A DNA stretch of 64,000 nt from Dimorphilus gyrociliatus (Eukaryota > Animalia > Annelida), in assembly GCA_904063045.1 (NCBI GenBank), contig CAJFCJ010000046.1:176028-240027 (forward strand), in the 5' to 3' direction. The first letter of the stretch is position 1, and each line of letters begins with the position of its first letter. The position numbers and the translations under genes are program-made. Positions 12,925 to 25,277 of the stretch are shown here, piece by piece. Below the pieces are notes generated by a model. It was not told the origin of the DNA, did not search any database, and worked only from the letters and a program-made list of their open reading frames with translations.

Positions 12925-13500
12925 TAGCAGACTTAAAAAGTCATCAAGAATTGAAATGTGCTTTTTGCTTGGAGATTTTCCTTAATTTGACTCAAAACAT
13001 ACTTTTGTGATAAATGTATGCAAAAGCTGCAATTTAAAAATGATCACACATTTTCCTGGGTGTGTCAACAAAACATTAAAACACCAAAATATTAAACCAA
13101 ACAACTATCACATCCTTATTTTCCATATACCATAGAAAATTTATCGCAAAAACTGGAATCCACACCTTATTTTACAAATCTTTATGGAGAATTTCAGGAA
13201 TGTTTAGACAGTCTGAATTAAGAACAACTTGTAAAGCATTCAAATCTGGAAGCTTTTTGTTCCATAGATGAAACAGGTAATGTAACAAGAAATAGATAGA
13301 TGCACAATGGAATGCTAAGCATTTCTAAATGATTTAATATTTCAACATACTATTTTTAAAGTCTAGAGTTATCTTTTTGTATTTTAAATGAAGAGCAAAG
13401 CACAGAAATTGAAATATTGCTAAGAGGAATCTTGAGTTATCAGAGTGTAATTCAGATAAAGAAGAACATAAAGAAATTGAAAATTTGCTTTGTACTTTGT
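12925..13500 (+). pseudogene. Second RING-LRR pseudogene
   Basis: ELKCAFCLEIF, then (1-nt shift) HTFCDKC...FSWVC, then LRR-like SLELSFCILNEEQSTEIEILL. It contains several stops. Confidence 0.5.
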
Positions 13501-13559
13501 TTTATTGTAATTGTAGGAATTTCTGCTTCTTCTGAACAGCATTCAGTAATCAATAAGAA

Positions 13560-13950
13560 TCCATAATTTCGATTTCAAAAACTTGGAAGAATGCATAGTA
13601 CAAGGACCAACTATTAACATTACTGGATCTATCTGTGTCACTTATTTATATAATTTGAAAAAACACCAAATTCAAGGTAACATATATTTTGTATTTTATC
13701 TTTCATTCTTACATTAAAATTTCTTTTTTAAGATTTTAGCAACTAATCAAAAATATCAATACTATTTTGACTATAAAGTTTTCTTTGACAAACAATGGCA
13801 TATGAGAAAAATCAACTTTGATTATAAGCATAACAATATAATGAGCTTAAATTGAATTTTCCTTTATTTTTTAATGTTGAATGATACTTGAATGTAGAAC
13901 CATGGAAAATTTCATTTCATGTATTTACATATCAATGGGTACAATTTCGC
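13560..13950 (+). pseudogene. MAM-like exon pair paralogous to 43560-43870
   Basis: Direct nucleotide similarity (e.g. GAAGAATGCATAGTACAAGGACC vs GAAGAATGCCTAGTACATGGACC). It translates ECIVQGPTINITGSICVTYLYN. Confidence 0.65.
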
Positions 13951-14142
13951 CTAGGTATGGTTTTTCTAAGTGAACAGATATAATAAATTTTTGGCCTATT
14001 CAGCAATATAATCATAGAAATTTCATTATGATCATCTTTTTAAGTAATCATAAAAATATAAAAATCCATTTTTTAAACATTTTTATGTTATTTGTCAAAG
14101 TTTCCTGTTTATTGTAGATATTTTAAATTTCTTCCTGTTAGA

Positions 14143-15072
14143 TTATTTTTTAGTCAAATTTTCCAATTGAATAATTTGTTGTCTCTGTAAATTACAGTTT
14201 GAGAAATTCAAATGTTTCAAGGAATTTTCTGATTGCTTCAGTACTGTATAAAAATCATCAAATCTATTGCTGACTTCTGTATTACCATACAGATCTATAA
14301 CTTCTAAATTTCTACAAGTTTTCAGCAGTTTTAGCAATTCTGATACATCTACATCATTTAAAGAATTACATGGCAAATAGATATTCTTTAAAGTACTCGA
14401 TGATTTTTGTAATCCATTACAAATATAGCACAAACCCATTCTCTTATCTTGACTCCATCTTAAACTAAATGTCTCTATTTTCAAACAATTTATAAGCAGA
14501 TTTCCCAAATACTTACATTATAGCTCATTTATATGACAATCAGAAAAATCTAAACTTTTCAGAGTGTTAGATGACTTTTGAAGTCCTTCGCAAATATTAT
14601 AGAATCCATTTCTCATAACTGTATTATTAAATAAATCTACAGTTTCTAGTTTACAGCAATTTTCCAGTAAACTTTGTAATATTTCACAATCTTTCTCCTT
14701 TAATTGACAACCTGAAAAAGCCAAATTCTATAAATTTCTTGATGATTTTCCAAGACCTTTGCAAATATAAAAAAATCCATTTTCTTTGTATTTACTAAAG
14801 CATAAAGCTATTGTTTTTATGTTGGAGCAATTTTCAAATAAATCTCCCAATTTTTTACATTGTTCCTCATTCATGTGACAGTCTGAAAATATCAAACTTT
14901 TTAAAGTATTCATTGATTTTTGAAGCATCTCATAAACATCAAAATATCCATTTCCTTTATATAGACTCCACTTTAAAGTTATTGTCTCAATTTTAGGACA
15001 ATCGTTAAGCCGTTTTTTCAATTTTTCACATTGTTCATTGTTAATATAAACATCTGAAAGATCCAAATTCAT
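14143..15072 (-). pseudogene. RI-type LRR array (NLR-like LRR), frameshifted
   Basis: Three consecutive ORFs repeat the unit CxGLQKSSNTLKxLxFSDCxxNE..C..L..LLxNCxKIETI. Confidence 0.8.
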
Positions 15073-15674
15073 TTATGTGTTTTTTTTATGATTATAGAAG
15101 ATCTGTAGAATTGTGGAAACAGAGAAGTTGGCTTGAATCTACTTCAGGGAAAGAGTATCAAAAAGTAATAAACCCTTCTTTGATTGTTATTCCATTAATA
15201 TTGACAACACCGTATTCTTTCTCCATTGGGTCTAAATTGAAATTTTTGTTGTTATATCTCCAGCCGGAACTTTATTTAAAATTGTAATAATAATATTCAA
15301 GATTAGATATGGTGTTATGGACAACAGGTGATATATTCATTTTACAATGGCTAATAATACTTGAAAAATCTAAATATTCAAAAAATGCTCACAATTCTAT
15401 AAATTTACTGTAAAACACAAAAAAGATACTTGGTTATATAATGATTTATTCTGTCCTTTAAGATTGTCTGTATATGATTTAGTGATTAGAACAAACAATT
15501 ATTAAGAGAAATTCACAGTAGACTCAATTCAAAAATGGAAGCCAACTGCTCATTTTACAAACTGATAGATGCCCTTCAATTTAAGCATTTGTTTAAATGT
15601 TGAACTAGAACCCACACAATGATATTTTTTTCGATCCTGGAAATGTTCAAGAAACTATCTGGCCCCCTACATTC

Positions 15675-16222
15675 CTAGATCATTACTCCTCCACCACCCA
15701 TTGGATGTTTTGTTCTTAAGTTTTCTGTTTCTGGGTTGAACTGCCAAGTTTGAAAATTGTCTGGCCCATCCAAGCTGAATCTACTTTCATCAGATATAAT
15801 TGTTTTGTCCCAGTCAAATTTATTTTCAAACCAGCCTCTACATATTTCTACTCGCCTTAGTCTATTTTTCTTCTTTAGTGGGGGATTTTGAGGGATTTTT
15901 TTAAATTTCCCTCCAATTTCTTTTAGGGCTTTCTGTATGGTGGTCTTTGATACAGTTAAGTTGCACTTGGATACCAACTTTGTACTTGTAACCCTTTGTT
16001 TCTCCTCTTTCATTTTATTAATCTCCCTCTTCATGATGGTTCTGTCTCTTTTTGAAAGGGAACTTGGTCTCCCAACACCTCCACTTTTTGGTAAGATGGC
16101 TTCAGAATGTATTGAACAGAAGATTTTGGAATTTTCAATAACTCTGAAATCTCCCCATAGGAAAAATCCTTCTTCATGTTTTCTCTTAATTAATCCCTTA
16201 ATTTCTTGACCATACGCCATAT
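15675..16222 (-). mobile_element. Tc1-like transposase remnant
   Basis: GRPSSLSKRD HTH linker, SKTTIQKAL, WDKTIISDESRFSLDGPD (first catalytic D) and GGGGVMI. Confidence 0.82.
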
Positions 16223-16450
16223 TCAAATGTTATTTTTTATACTGGCCTATTAATATTATACATGCCTATCATACTCATTGAGTACTTGTCCTAAACTACA
16301 CATAAATTGTATTTTATAGAATTTTTATATGAATTAAAGTACCACCACATATATAAGTATGGAATCTTTTTTTGTATATAACTGTTGTTTGTATTATTTT
16401 AATTACATATAAGAAAAAAGTATAAGTTGATTTTATAAAAAATACCCTAC

Positions 16451-16550
16451 CTGCCAAGGAAGATTTTTAATATCAGCCCTTGAACCATCACTAATAAAAG
16501 ATGTGTCTGATATCAAACCACAATTTTTAGAATTTACTTCAATCTTATCA
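16451..16550 (-). pseudogene. Possible trypsin-like serine protease N-terminal exon fragment
   Basis: The minus strand reads NCGLISDTSF-ISDGSRADIKNLPWQ, followed by a phase-0 GT. This resembles the CG...IVGG..A....PWQ zymogen motif, but no catalytic exons were recognised. Confidence 0.4.
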
Positions 16551-16995
16551 ATATATTAAAAACAAATGACAACATTAATTAGGGCCTACATACTATTTGG
16601 GATCTAATATAAGGCATCGAGGATCTAAATATTGTGGAAGTTCTGTCTTTATTCACCCGAATAAAAATGAATCATTTAGTTCTAGAATTGCACTTATAAA
16701 ATTAGATAAAAAAGTTAAATAAGCAATTCAGTAAATGTGGCTTGTTTAAGAAGGCAACCATTAAGAGGAAAAGAAAATTTAATTGCTAGAAAATTAAGAA
16801 ATGAAATAATTAATTTTTCTATTTCAACAAATATGTGATAAACAAATACAAGTTTTTTTCAGGTCAGCCATTTTGAATTTGTTTGTTGATTACTGATAAG
16901 AGAATCTTGAAATTGTATTACAAATATTTGTTTCAAAGTTTTCTGCTGCTTTTCAAATAATAAATTAAACATTTCAAAGCTGCACATTTTGAAAT

Positions 16996-18000
16996 ATGGC
17001 AATCAAGTGCAAAAATTGCAAACATACAGTTTATGGAAGACAGGAGAAAAAATTATGTTTGCTATGTAATGAGCGTCTTCATGAAAAATGTCTCATCAGT
17101 AAGAATTTTGTAATTCATCTGGTCAATTGTAAATATACAATTATTTCCTTTCAGATTCAAGGCTGTCAGTTTGCCTGGATTGTGAAAAAAGACAGTGTCT
17201 TCTTCAAAGGACAAGTCTAGAAGATCAAGGAATGAAAGAAAGAGTTGCAATGGATGAGAATGAAGATGAAAAGATTGATGAAGAGGCAACAGATAACAGA
17301 AAAGGTGATGATGTAAGAGATTCAAATGCAAATAATGATGAAATATCAGTCAATGCTGTTGACACTTTCCAAGAAGTCATGGATAATGATTTTCAAATAA
17401 TTAGTGGTGGAAGTCAACTAGGAAAGGACATTCTGATAAACAATGGATTTTCATTCACACTCAAGGCTAAAACTTCTGAAAGTAGCATTTGGGTGTTCAG
17501 TAAAAGAACTAAAAAGCAGAGATGTCCTGCAAGAATCTGCCAACAAGGAAATTCATTTATAAAGGGAAGCAAAAAACACATTCATGGAGCAAATCAAAGT
17601 TTATTATCCAATATATCAATCATTGGTTTATAGATGGAAAATTTAAGATTGTGAAAGATCCATTCTATTAACTAATATCTATTCATAGCTATGTGAAAAA
17701 GAATGGGCAATGAAACATATTCCCCTGGCATTCATTTTTATATCATCAAGGCAAAAAAAATATTATAAAAAGGCATTTAAAGTATACATTTTAATAATTC
17801 CTTAACAATTTTTCTGATACTCAATTCACAGTTCAGAGCATCAGAAACTTGACCTCAATATCATAGCCTGAGAAAATAACAATGGATTTTGAGATGAGTT
17901 TGTGGAAAGCTGTCTCTAAGATCTATCCAGAATCAGAAATTCATAGTTCTGTTCCCCACTTCACCCAGACAATCTATAGAAAAACATGTAATTTACATAG
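16996..18000 (+). mobile_element. PHD-FLYWCH-MULE transposase remnant
   Basis: MAIKCKNC...CLLCNERLHEKC (PHD-like), GGSQLGKDILINNGFSF..WVFSKR (FLYWCH) and DFEMSLWKAVSKIYPE (DDE region). Confidence 0.7.
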
Positions 18001-19119
18001 AGTACAAATTATTCAATTGGAAAATTTGACTAAAAAATAATCTAAAAAGAGTCATGAAAATGTTGATAAGTAGAACAGGAAGAAATAAAATAATATCTAC
18101 AATAAACAGGAAACTTTGATAAATAATAATAAGATGTTCAAAAAATAGATTTTTATATTTTTATGATTATTTAAAAATATTATCCTGACTTGCATCAGTA
18201 TCAAGTTCGTTCCATACCATTCATTTAATAATTTGACTACTTTGATATATTTGCAAAGTAAGGTCACTATAAACAATAATTTTCAAGGGCAACTTTTTGA
18301 AAGTTTTTATAAAATATTGCAAAACAGCAAAAATAGCATTTTTTTTCATGGTTTAAGATTTTCACAACAGATAAAATATCAGTTTTTAATAAAATACAGC
18401 TAATAAAGTCTGTGGCAGTTATTTTATAGAATCATTAATGAAAGTGTATTGAGATAAGGTGTTCTGACTTTTTCATCGAGTTGTTATCTTATTAGTTTCA
18501 AAATAAATATTCCTTCTAAAAATCTAGCAGTTGGAAGCCAAAGTCAGTTGCTAGTGCCATCAGTAAACCTCCAAAAAGGTCCTATAACAACACCTTAGCC
18601 TAACAAAGGAAAAGATAAACCAGGATACAATACAATTTTATACAATCTGCCTTTGGTGTTGTGAATAAAAATAAGGATTCTAGTTTTCCAACACTTGATA
18701 ACAAGTATTAAATTTTAATTAGAAGTAGTTACCCTCAGTTCAAAGTGGTACAAATTATACTATTATTTGTGTTCCTCTGTTCATAAAAAGCTCTGTTATT
18801 CTCATATTTTTTATTGTACAATAAAAAGAGATATATGTGAATAATTCATTTTGTATTGAAGTAAGTTGTTATCTGATGATCATAATATTGAAAAAAATAT
18901 GTCCTTGATATCTGAATACATTTTGATAAATATACCAAATTATGATCATTGCAAATACAACCAAAAATTGAAATTGTCATTGTGAAATAAATTTTGATAA
19001 GAGAAAGATAAAAGATTTCATGTAAATAAAATTGAAAAAAAAAGTTTTTCCCAATAGATTAGACAATAAAATATCATAACAGGTTTAAATATTATTTTCA
19101 TTTTAGTTGGATTATCATT

Positions 19120-20740
19120 GTGAAAATATCTGATATGTCTGAAACAATTTGTGTTTTTGAAACTGTAAGCAAACTATCCAAATTGTCTTTGCAAGTTTTG
19201 TTATCCAATTTTCAAAGGATAATAACATATTGTATGGAAAATGAGACTAATCTGCCATTTGAAATTTGTAAAGAAATTTTTTCAACTGTGAATAATCATT
19301 TTTTTTGGTTTAAACAAAGACCAATTAATGTCTTGGAAACAAATGCAAAAGCATTTTAACAGATTTTCTCTATACGGAAATTATCTTGAAAATGCTGACA
19401 GTTTATCATTCCTCAAAGATCAATCATTAGATTATTTAGAATTGAGAAGTTTTAAAGAAAAACTATTCAGCCAATTGTCCAATTTCCTAAATATTCAAGA
19501 AGTTAGAACCTTAATTCTAGCTGATTGTCAAGGAATCCATAGTCTAATTGAATCTTTTCAATCAATACAACATCTGAAATTTTTAGATGTCAGTGGAACA
19601 TGTTTTGATAATTCATATTTTAAAATCATTTGCAATAATTCAATTCTTTTAGAAGATTTAAATGTGTTTTATACAAATATCTCTGAATTAGAGCCTATTA
19701 TTCAGTTGAAAAATTTAAAGATTTTCCAACTGATGATGCGAGATTCAATTATTCGTTTTCATGACTTTCAATATCTAATAACACTGGATAATTTGGAAAA
19801 ACTTGAAATATGGGTACAGAGTTTTACTTTTAAAAATTTAAAAATCATAGCAAATGACAAAATATGGAAGAATATGAAAATTCTAATTGTTGGAAAATAT
19901 GAACCAATAAAGGATGAAATTCATTTAAGGTATTATTTCTTGTTTATTCCTGCTATAAAAAAAAATGCAATTTTATCTCTCTTTGTTTTGATTAAACAGA
20001 AATTTCAAGTAAAATGACTAAATTTGTTATTTTTATTTTTTATATTCTCTTCTATTAGGATAACGATTTAATTGACTTGAAAATTCTTGCCAAAGCATTT
20101 GAATATTTTAGAAACAGTTATAAAAATCATTTATTCTATGCATTACAATATTGGATTGGGTTACTAAAGAGAACTTCTCCAAAATTTCTAAGCAGAATCT
20201 ACTACAGAGTAAATGATAATTATACATAAATGAAGAGTAATTTACAGTACTAGAGTACTTAAATCTAAAAAAAATCTATAATATCTATATATCTAAGCTT
20301 AAATCTATTTTTGAACTATAAATTATCTGATTACAGATTGTTTGTAATGAAATGGAATATCTGATAAAACATATGCCTGTTACTGAAAGCAAAACAGACT
20401 TTGTAGTTCAAAGAATGGCAGAAATCTTTAGAACTTTGAGAAAGTATAAGAAATCATCTAATTCAAAGTCTAATCAACAAACGTTTGATGATGTAATCGT
20501 TTTGTGCCTTCGATACATCAAATTTTTTTATTATAATTTAAACAATAATTGGAATTTATCAGATTTTTATTCTCAATTTCTTTCATTAATCAATTCAAAT
20601 TGGAATTCTTTGAAAGATGTAAAACAGAAATTTTTCATCTTAAATTCAAATTATTTTAAAATGATAATTTTTTTCTCAGAAACAATTGGAAATATTGTCA
20701 GTTTTACTTTCAACATTCAATGTAAACATTGGTAACCCTC
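19120..20740 (+). pseudogene. ZYG11/ZER1-like BC-box/Cul2-box LRR protein, frameshifted
   Basis: N-terminal SKLSKLSLQVLLSNF and LPFEICKEIF, then LRRs (HLKFLDVSGT, LEDLNVFYTNISELEPIIQLKNL). One frameshift lies near 19340. Confidence 0.55.
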
Positions 20741-20884
20741 AAAATATCAGAAAACTAGAAATTCTAATTAACAAATGTGATTTTTCTGATGTAGGTTATA
20801 AAGATTTTATATCCACTTTTTTAAAATCATCCCCTCTTTCATTTTTATTTTTCAGCATTCATTAAAAGACATATTAAATTTTCG

Positions 20885-21030
20885 AGTTAGGACAGTAGAT
20901 AGAGAATGACATGGCATGAATGTGGCACCACGAATGAGCTTGTTTGCAAAATCCTAACTTTGGCTGAGTCGAGCTTCCCTTTTAAGTGAATCTTACATAC
21001 TGATATACATTCACTGACTCACACTAACAC
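20885..21030. repeat. Copy of the 11.2-11.5-kb LTR with an internal segment inverted
   Basis: 20885-20940 matches 11325-11385 directly, while 20951-21025 matches 11250-11330 as reverse complement. Confidence 0.6.
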
Positions 21031-21054
21031 ATAATATATAAATGTTCTGTTCAC

Positions 21055-22820
21055 GGGGATCCGGACAGTTGACCCCCTGGACAGTTGACCCCATAGGACA
21101 ATTGACCAATATTATAAATATAGATGTTGTCAAAATATTTTTTTTATTCATTTAAATGGTTGAAAAATTGTATTCAAGTTATATTTTATTCTGGAAATTG
21201 ATTTGTATCCTATTATAAAGAGTTGATTTCATTGATTAGGATAAAAGGAGAATTTGAAATTTTGAATTTCCCTCCATTTCAGAGAAATGACAAGAAATCT
21301 TCAGTGGAGAAGGAGGAAAAATGTACTTCCTTTTCTATTTTCACTCAATTTGGGGTTAGTCATTCTGGTTGTTTTTGATGGTTTTTAGGGATTAATTGGA
21401 ACTATTACTGTTCTCCTCTTTATTTTTAACAAAACTAAAATATTCTGATATATATTTCATCAACATTTTTTGAAATTTGTGGCAGAATATTGATTTAACC
21501 ATGTTTTATGTTTTTCAATGTATTTATTCCATATAAAACTTTCAAATTGAGTTCAGATAGGGAATTTAGATAAATTTACATCTAACAAATGTCTGCCAAC
21601 TGCTTATACTGCCATCAAATAATTTGCCCACTGCAAACAATGGAGTCCTGCTCTTTGTGCACACATATGTTTCATCAGGATTGTCTGAAAGGTCAGTGTT
21701 ATTGTAATCATAAATTTTTGTAATTTCAATTTAAAAACTAAAGGACAAGACTGTTGTGATATATGCATAGATATAAAAACAAGAACATGTCAGGTACAGT
21801 TAGTTAAATTGTCCAAAAATGATATAATACTCAGCAGCAATCAGCCTGAATTGAAAAAGCTAAATCTTCAATCCAAGTTGAACAATATAAAGGAGCTTGA
21901 AAATGAAAATGAACTATTCAAGACACATTTCCAACAACAATAATTCAAGGATGTGTTTATCACTCTAAAAATGCAGTTTTTAAGAAAATTCAAGTAAGTT
22001 TTAGACAAACAATCAGTGAATAATTGAAAAGGTCTCCTTTGATACAGAGTCTTGGATATACAAAAGATTATAAAGAAAACGATTATGAAGGAAAAATGCT
22101 GAGAAAAATTATGGCTTTACCATTTTTACCTGCCAATATAATTAAGACAATTTAAAATTATTAAAAGACAACTTGTGGAAAAAAGTTTATTTCTGGATTT
22201 TTTGGAATACTTTGAAAGAATTTTTATTAGAAATAATATATGGAAAATAAATAATTGGTCAATCTATCAAGTCACCATCAGAATCAACAATGATGTAGAG
22301 TCTTGGCACCATCGATTAAATAGTCAATCTGGGCAAAGTCTAAATTTTTATGATTTGATTTTGAGGTTAAATCATGAATCAAAAGTTGTTGCTCTTTATG
22401 AAAAGCTGTTATCAGAGAAAAAGATATGCAGAACTCGGAAACATAAATATAAAGAATTGGAAGGTAAAATTTGTTTAGTTTGGAAAGAATTTGCAAATAG
22501 TAACAAAACAGCTGATGATGTTTTAACAGAAGTTTGCAACATGTATTATCCATAACTTTTAAAATACAAATTTTGATGAGAATGAAATAAATTGTCAGAG
22601 TTTATATTACTATTCTTTTAACTTGAGTGTAGGATATATGATAGTTTATTATAACATAATGCTAATCTGCTTTGGTAGTAAAACAATATCAAAAGAAGGT
22701 TTTCATTGAACAACACAAAAATATTATCAATTTGTTTCATTAAACTTTCCTAATCACATACTATCCAGGGAATTATAATCATGGGGGTCAACTGTCTGGG
22801 GGTCGGCTGTCCTTTACCCG
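21055..22820 (+). mobile_element. MULE with GGACAGTTGACCCC terminal arrays, decayed
   Basis: Left array GGACAGTTGACCCC x3, right GGGGTCAACTGTC. Transposase remnants include SCSLCTHMFHQDCL, an RKIQ/intron junction and RINNDVESWHHRLN. Confidence 0.75.
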
Positions 22821-23174
22821 TATTGAACGAGTATTGTACTATGCAGATAGCACTCATAGAGATCAGAGTTAGCTTGACTTCCATGGCAACTGAAAATGAA
22901 ATTTGGGATTCATTGGATGAAGAATTCAATCCAGATCCTATGGCTTTTAAAAAAGATATTGACAGATTGAAACAGTTTGATGATGAAACTGTTAAGAGTT
23001 TTATTAAAAGTAAAGAACTTGTAGAAAAATTCCTATTTTATAAGATTTTGTTTTTTGCTTATAGCATGAAATTCCTAAGAATTTCGTATAAATTGTATTT
23101 GATGTTCTTTTGGTCACTCACACTCATAACATGTAATGTGAACAGAACATTAGCATATAACATTCTGTTTACAA

Positions 23175-23345
23175 ACAATGGAGTCATGCTCTTTATGCAA
23201 ATATGCTTTTTCATCAGGATTGTCTGAAAAGTCAGCATTATTGCAATCATAAATTTTTGTAATTTCAATTTAAAAACTAAAGGGTTAGGGTTAGGTTAGG
23301 CTGTTGTGATATATGCAAAGATATAAAACAAGAACATGTCAGATA
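23175..23345 (+). repeat. Duplicate of MULE segment 21640-21830 carrying a telomeric-repeat insertion
   Basis: Nearly colinear with 21640-21830, except that ACAAGA is replaced by GTTAGGGTTAGGTTAGG at ~23281-23300. Confidence 0.78.
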
Positions 23346-23419
23346 TGTTTAATTTGTCTAATAAACCTAGAGAAAACCTATCTTGTTACATTACCTATCT
23401 TATCCTGTATATAATTAGG

Positions 23420-24029
23420 ATCACAGGGTGACCCACATTTCCACCAAAGTGTTGTTGATTCAAAAACTGGGCAACTACATGAAATCTGTTACGATGTTGT
23501 TGGCCAATCAGGTCAATCAATTCATATTCTAAGTGATCCAATCTTAAAGGTGAAGGTTGACGGAACTCTTAAAGATGATTATTATATGCATGAGATTCGG
23601 ATAACAATGAATACAGAACTAATTATAATAAAAACATATGTAATAATTCTTTCCAATGATATTATTGAATGAAACTATAGTAACAAACCAAAAAACTGTT
23701 CAAAGAGGACAATGTGCTGTTTTATTATCTAAAAATAAAGTTGAAATATCTATTGAAAAGAAACAAAGAAATCTAACAATTAAAATTTCAATAGGGGAAA
23801 AATCTTTGACTGGCCCTTTTCTAAATGTTCTATTTGACAATGCCAATATGGCGATTGGTATTTTCGGAGGAATTATTGGAGATATTGGAAGAAAACATTT
23901 CAATATTGTCCGATCTGTTCAGAATAATTTTAAGTCAATAGTTCAGATTGATGGTCAATATGCAGGAGCAATTAAAAAGATAAGATATGGAAAAAGCTGC
24001 TTGTTTATTGAATTCAAAGATTTAATATC
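23420..24029 (+). pseudogene. Inter-alpha-trypsin inhibitor heavy-chain C-terminal domain exon (stop/frameshift, MITE-truncated)
   Basis: After a TAG acceptor it reads GDPHFHQ...EICYDVVGQSGQSIHILSDP..VKVDG, and later GIFGGIIGDIG. There is an in-frame TGA and a frame change near 23650. Confidence 0.6.
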
Positions 24030-24236
24030 GGATACGAGAGAAAACGTCCACAAATTGGTACTTTTACCCTAACCCTAACCCAGCCCTTAGGTGTACCTAA
24101 CCTTTTGCATTACACCTAACCCTTAGAGGAGACCCTCCTAAGTACAAATCAGTTGCTGTTTTCTTTTGCCTAATCATTTCTCAATCTAAACATTTGTCTT
24201 GAAATTTCTCATTTGTGGACGTTTTCTGTCGACCCC
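24030..24236 (+). mobile_element. Telomere-repeat MITE
   Basis: GGATACGAGAGAAAACGTCCACAAAT...ACCCTAACCCTAACCCAGCCC...ATTTGTGGACGTTTTCTGTCGACCCC. Confidence 0.9.
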
Positions 24237-24629
24237 ATAAAAAGGGTGGGGCAGCATTTTTACAGTGATGTTTTCTTTGGTGAATGATGCGTCACCATAA
24301 ACATTTTGTTGTATCAGTTGCAGTTACAAGGTATGGTCCACTCCATTTGCTTGTATTTATTCTGTCCTGTCTTGAAAGGCTTCAGTACAATCACCATTAG
24401 ACTGATTATTGATAGGCTTGATGTACCCACAGCTCAAAGATTAGTATCTGCCGCTATTAAGTCGACCAATAAAATTATTAAAAATTTCAAACTGCTCCGA
24501 TATCTATGAGATTTGGTATAGGGTTAGATCAGGAACGAACGAATGCCTATACAAAATTTAAGCAAAATCTGCCCACCTGTTTAGGAGCTTTACCGGTTTG
24601 AAAAAGACAGTGGTCACAAGTGGTTGTTA

Positions 24630-24860
24630 CAATGATTAGAATAAACAGTGAGGATTTTTATACTGTGATATTGGTTTCCAACATACAATCATCACTTTGT
24701 TGTTGGTGAAATATCTAGTTCAGATTTATCTTTAGTAACAAAATGTCACAAAGTCTAAAATTTTAGGACAGCTAATTTAGTTAGAACTTGGCCACAGCTT
24801 AGGAAGGCTAATTGAGTTATCATTTGGCCAAATCTTTAACTGGTAATTAAAGATAACCTT
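24630..24860 (-). mobile_element. Diverged relative of the 636-bp LTR family
   Basis: Colinear similarity to 63410-63640 (CAATCATCACTTT, TTTAGTAACA, ACTTGGCCA, TAATTAAAGAT). The ends are not defined. Confidence 0.45.
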
Positions 24861-25277
24861 TGTGGATGACTACTAACAAATGTATGAGTTTTTTTTCAAA
24901 TAAAATTTGAATAAGAAATTCGTGTCAGTATGCTTTAAGACAACTATCTCTCTTATCCAAAAACAGGGGCCTTCTTAACAAAACAAAATTTTTTTTTTCG
25001 AATGAAGGCCAATTGTATCTATATTAGCTTTAAAGCAAGTTTCAACAATCAATTAAAAAGGAAAATAGAACTATAGAACTAATTCAAAACTTTCTTTCCG
25101 GGAAAGGTATTTTACAAAAGTGATATATTTAACCATTGTTTAATTTTCAGTTATTCACCTGTGTAAATATTCTGCCATTTTTTGTTTTCTACAACTTTTA
25201 TTATATTTTATGCTTTTATTAATTTTTGCTTTTAATATTTCAATCTGGAACTTTAATTAGAGGAGTGTATCATTCCT

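Noticed and set aside
18080-18200. Inverted match to 14030-14140
   Set aside because: This is most simply the 3' flank of another decayed LRR paralog, and it shows no TIR or TSD structure.
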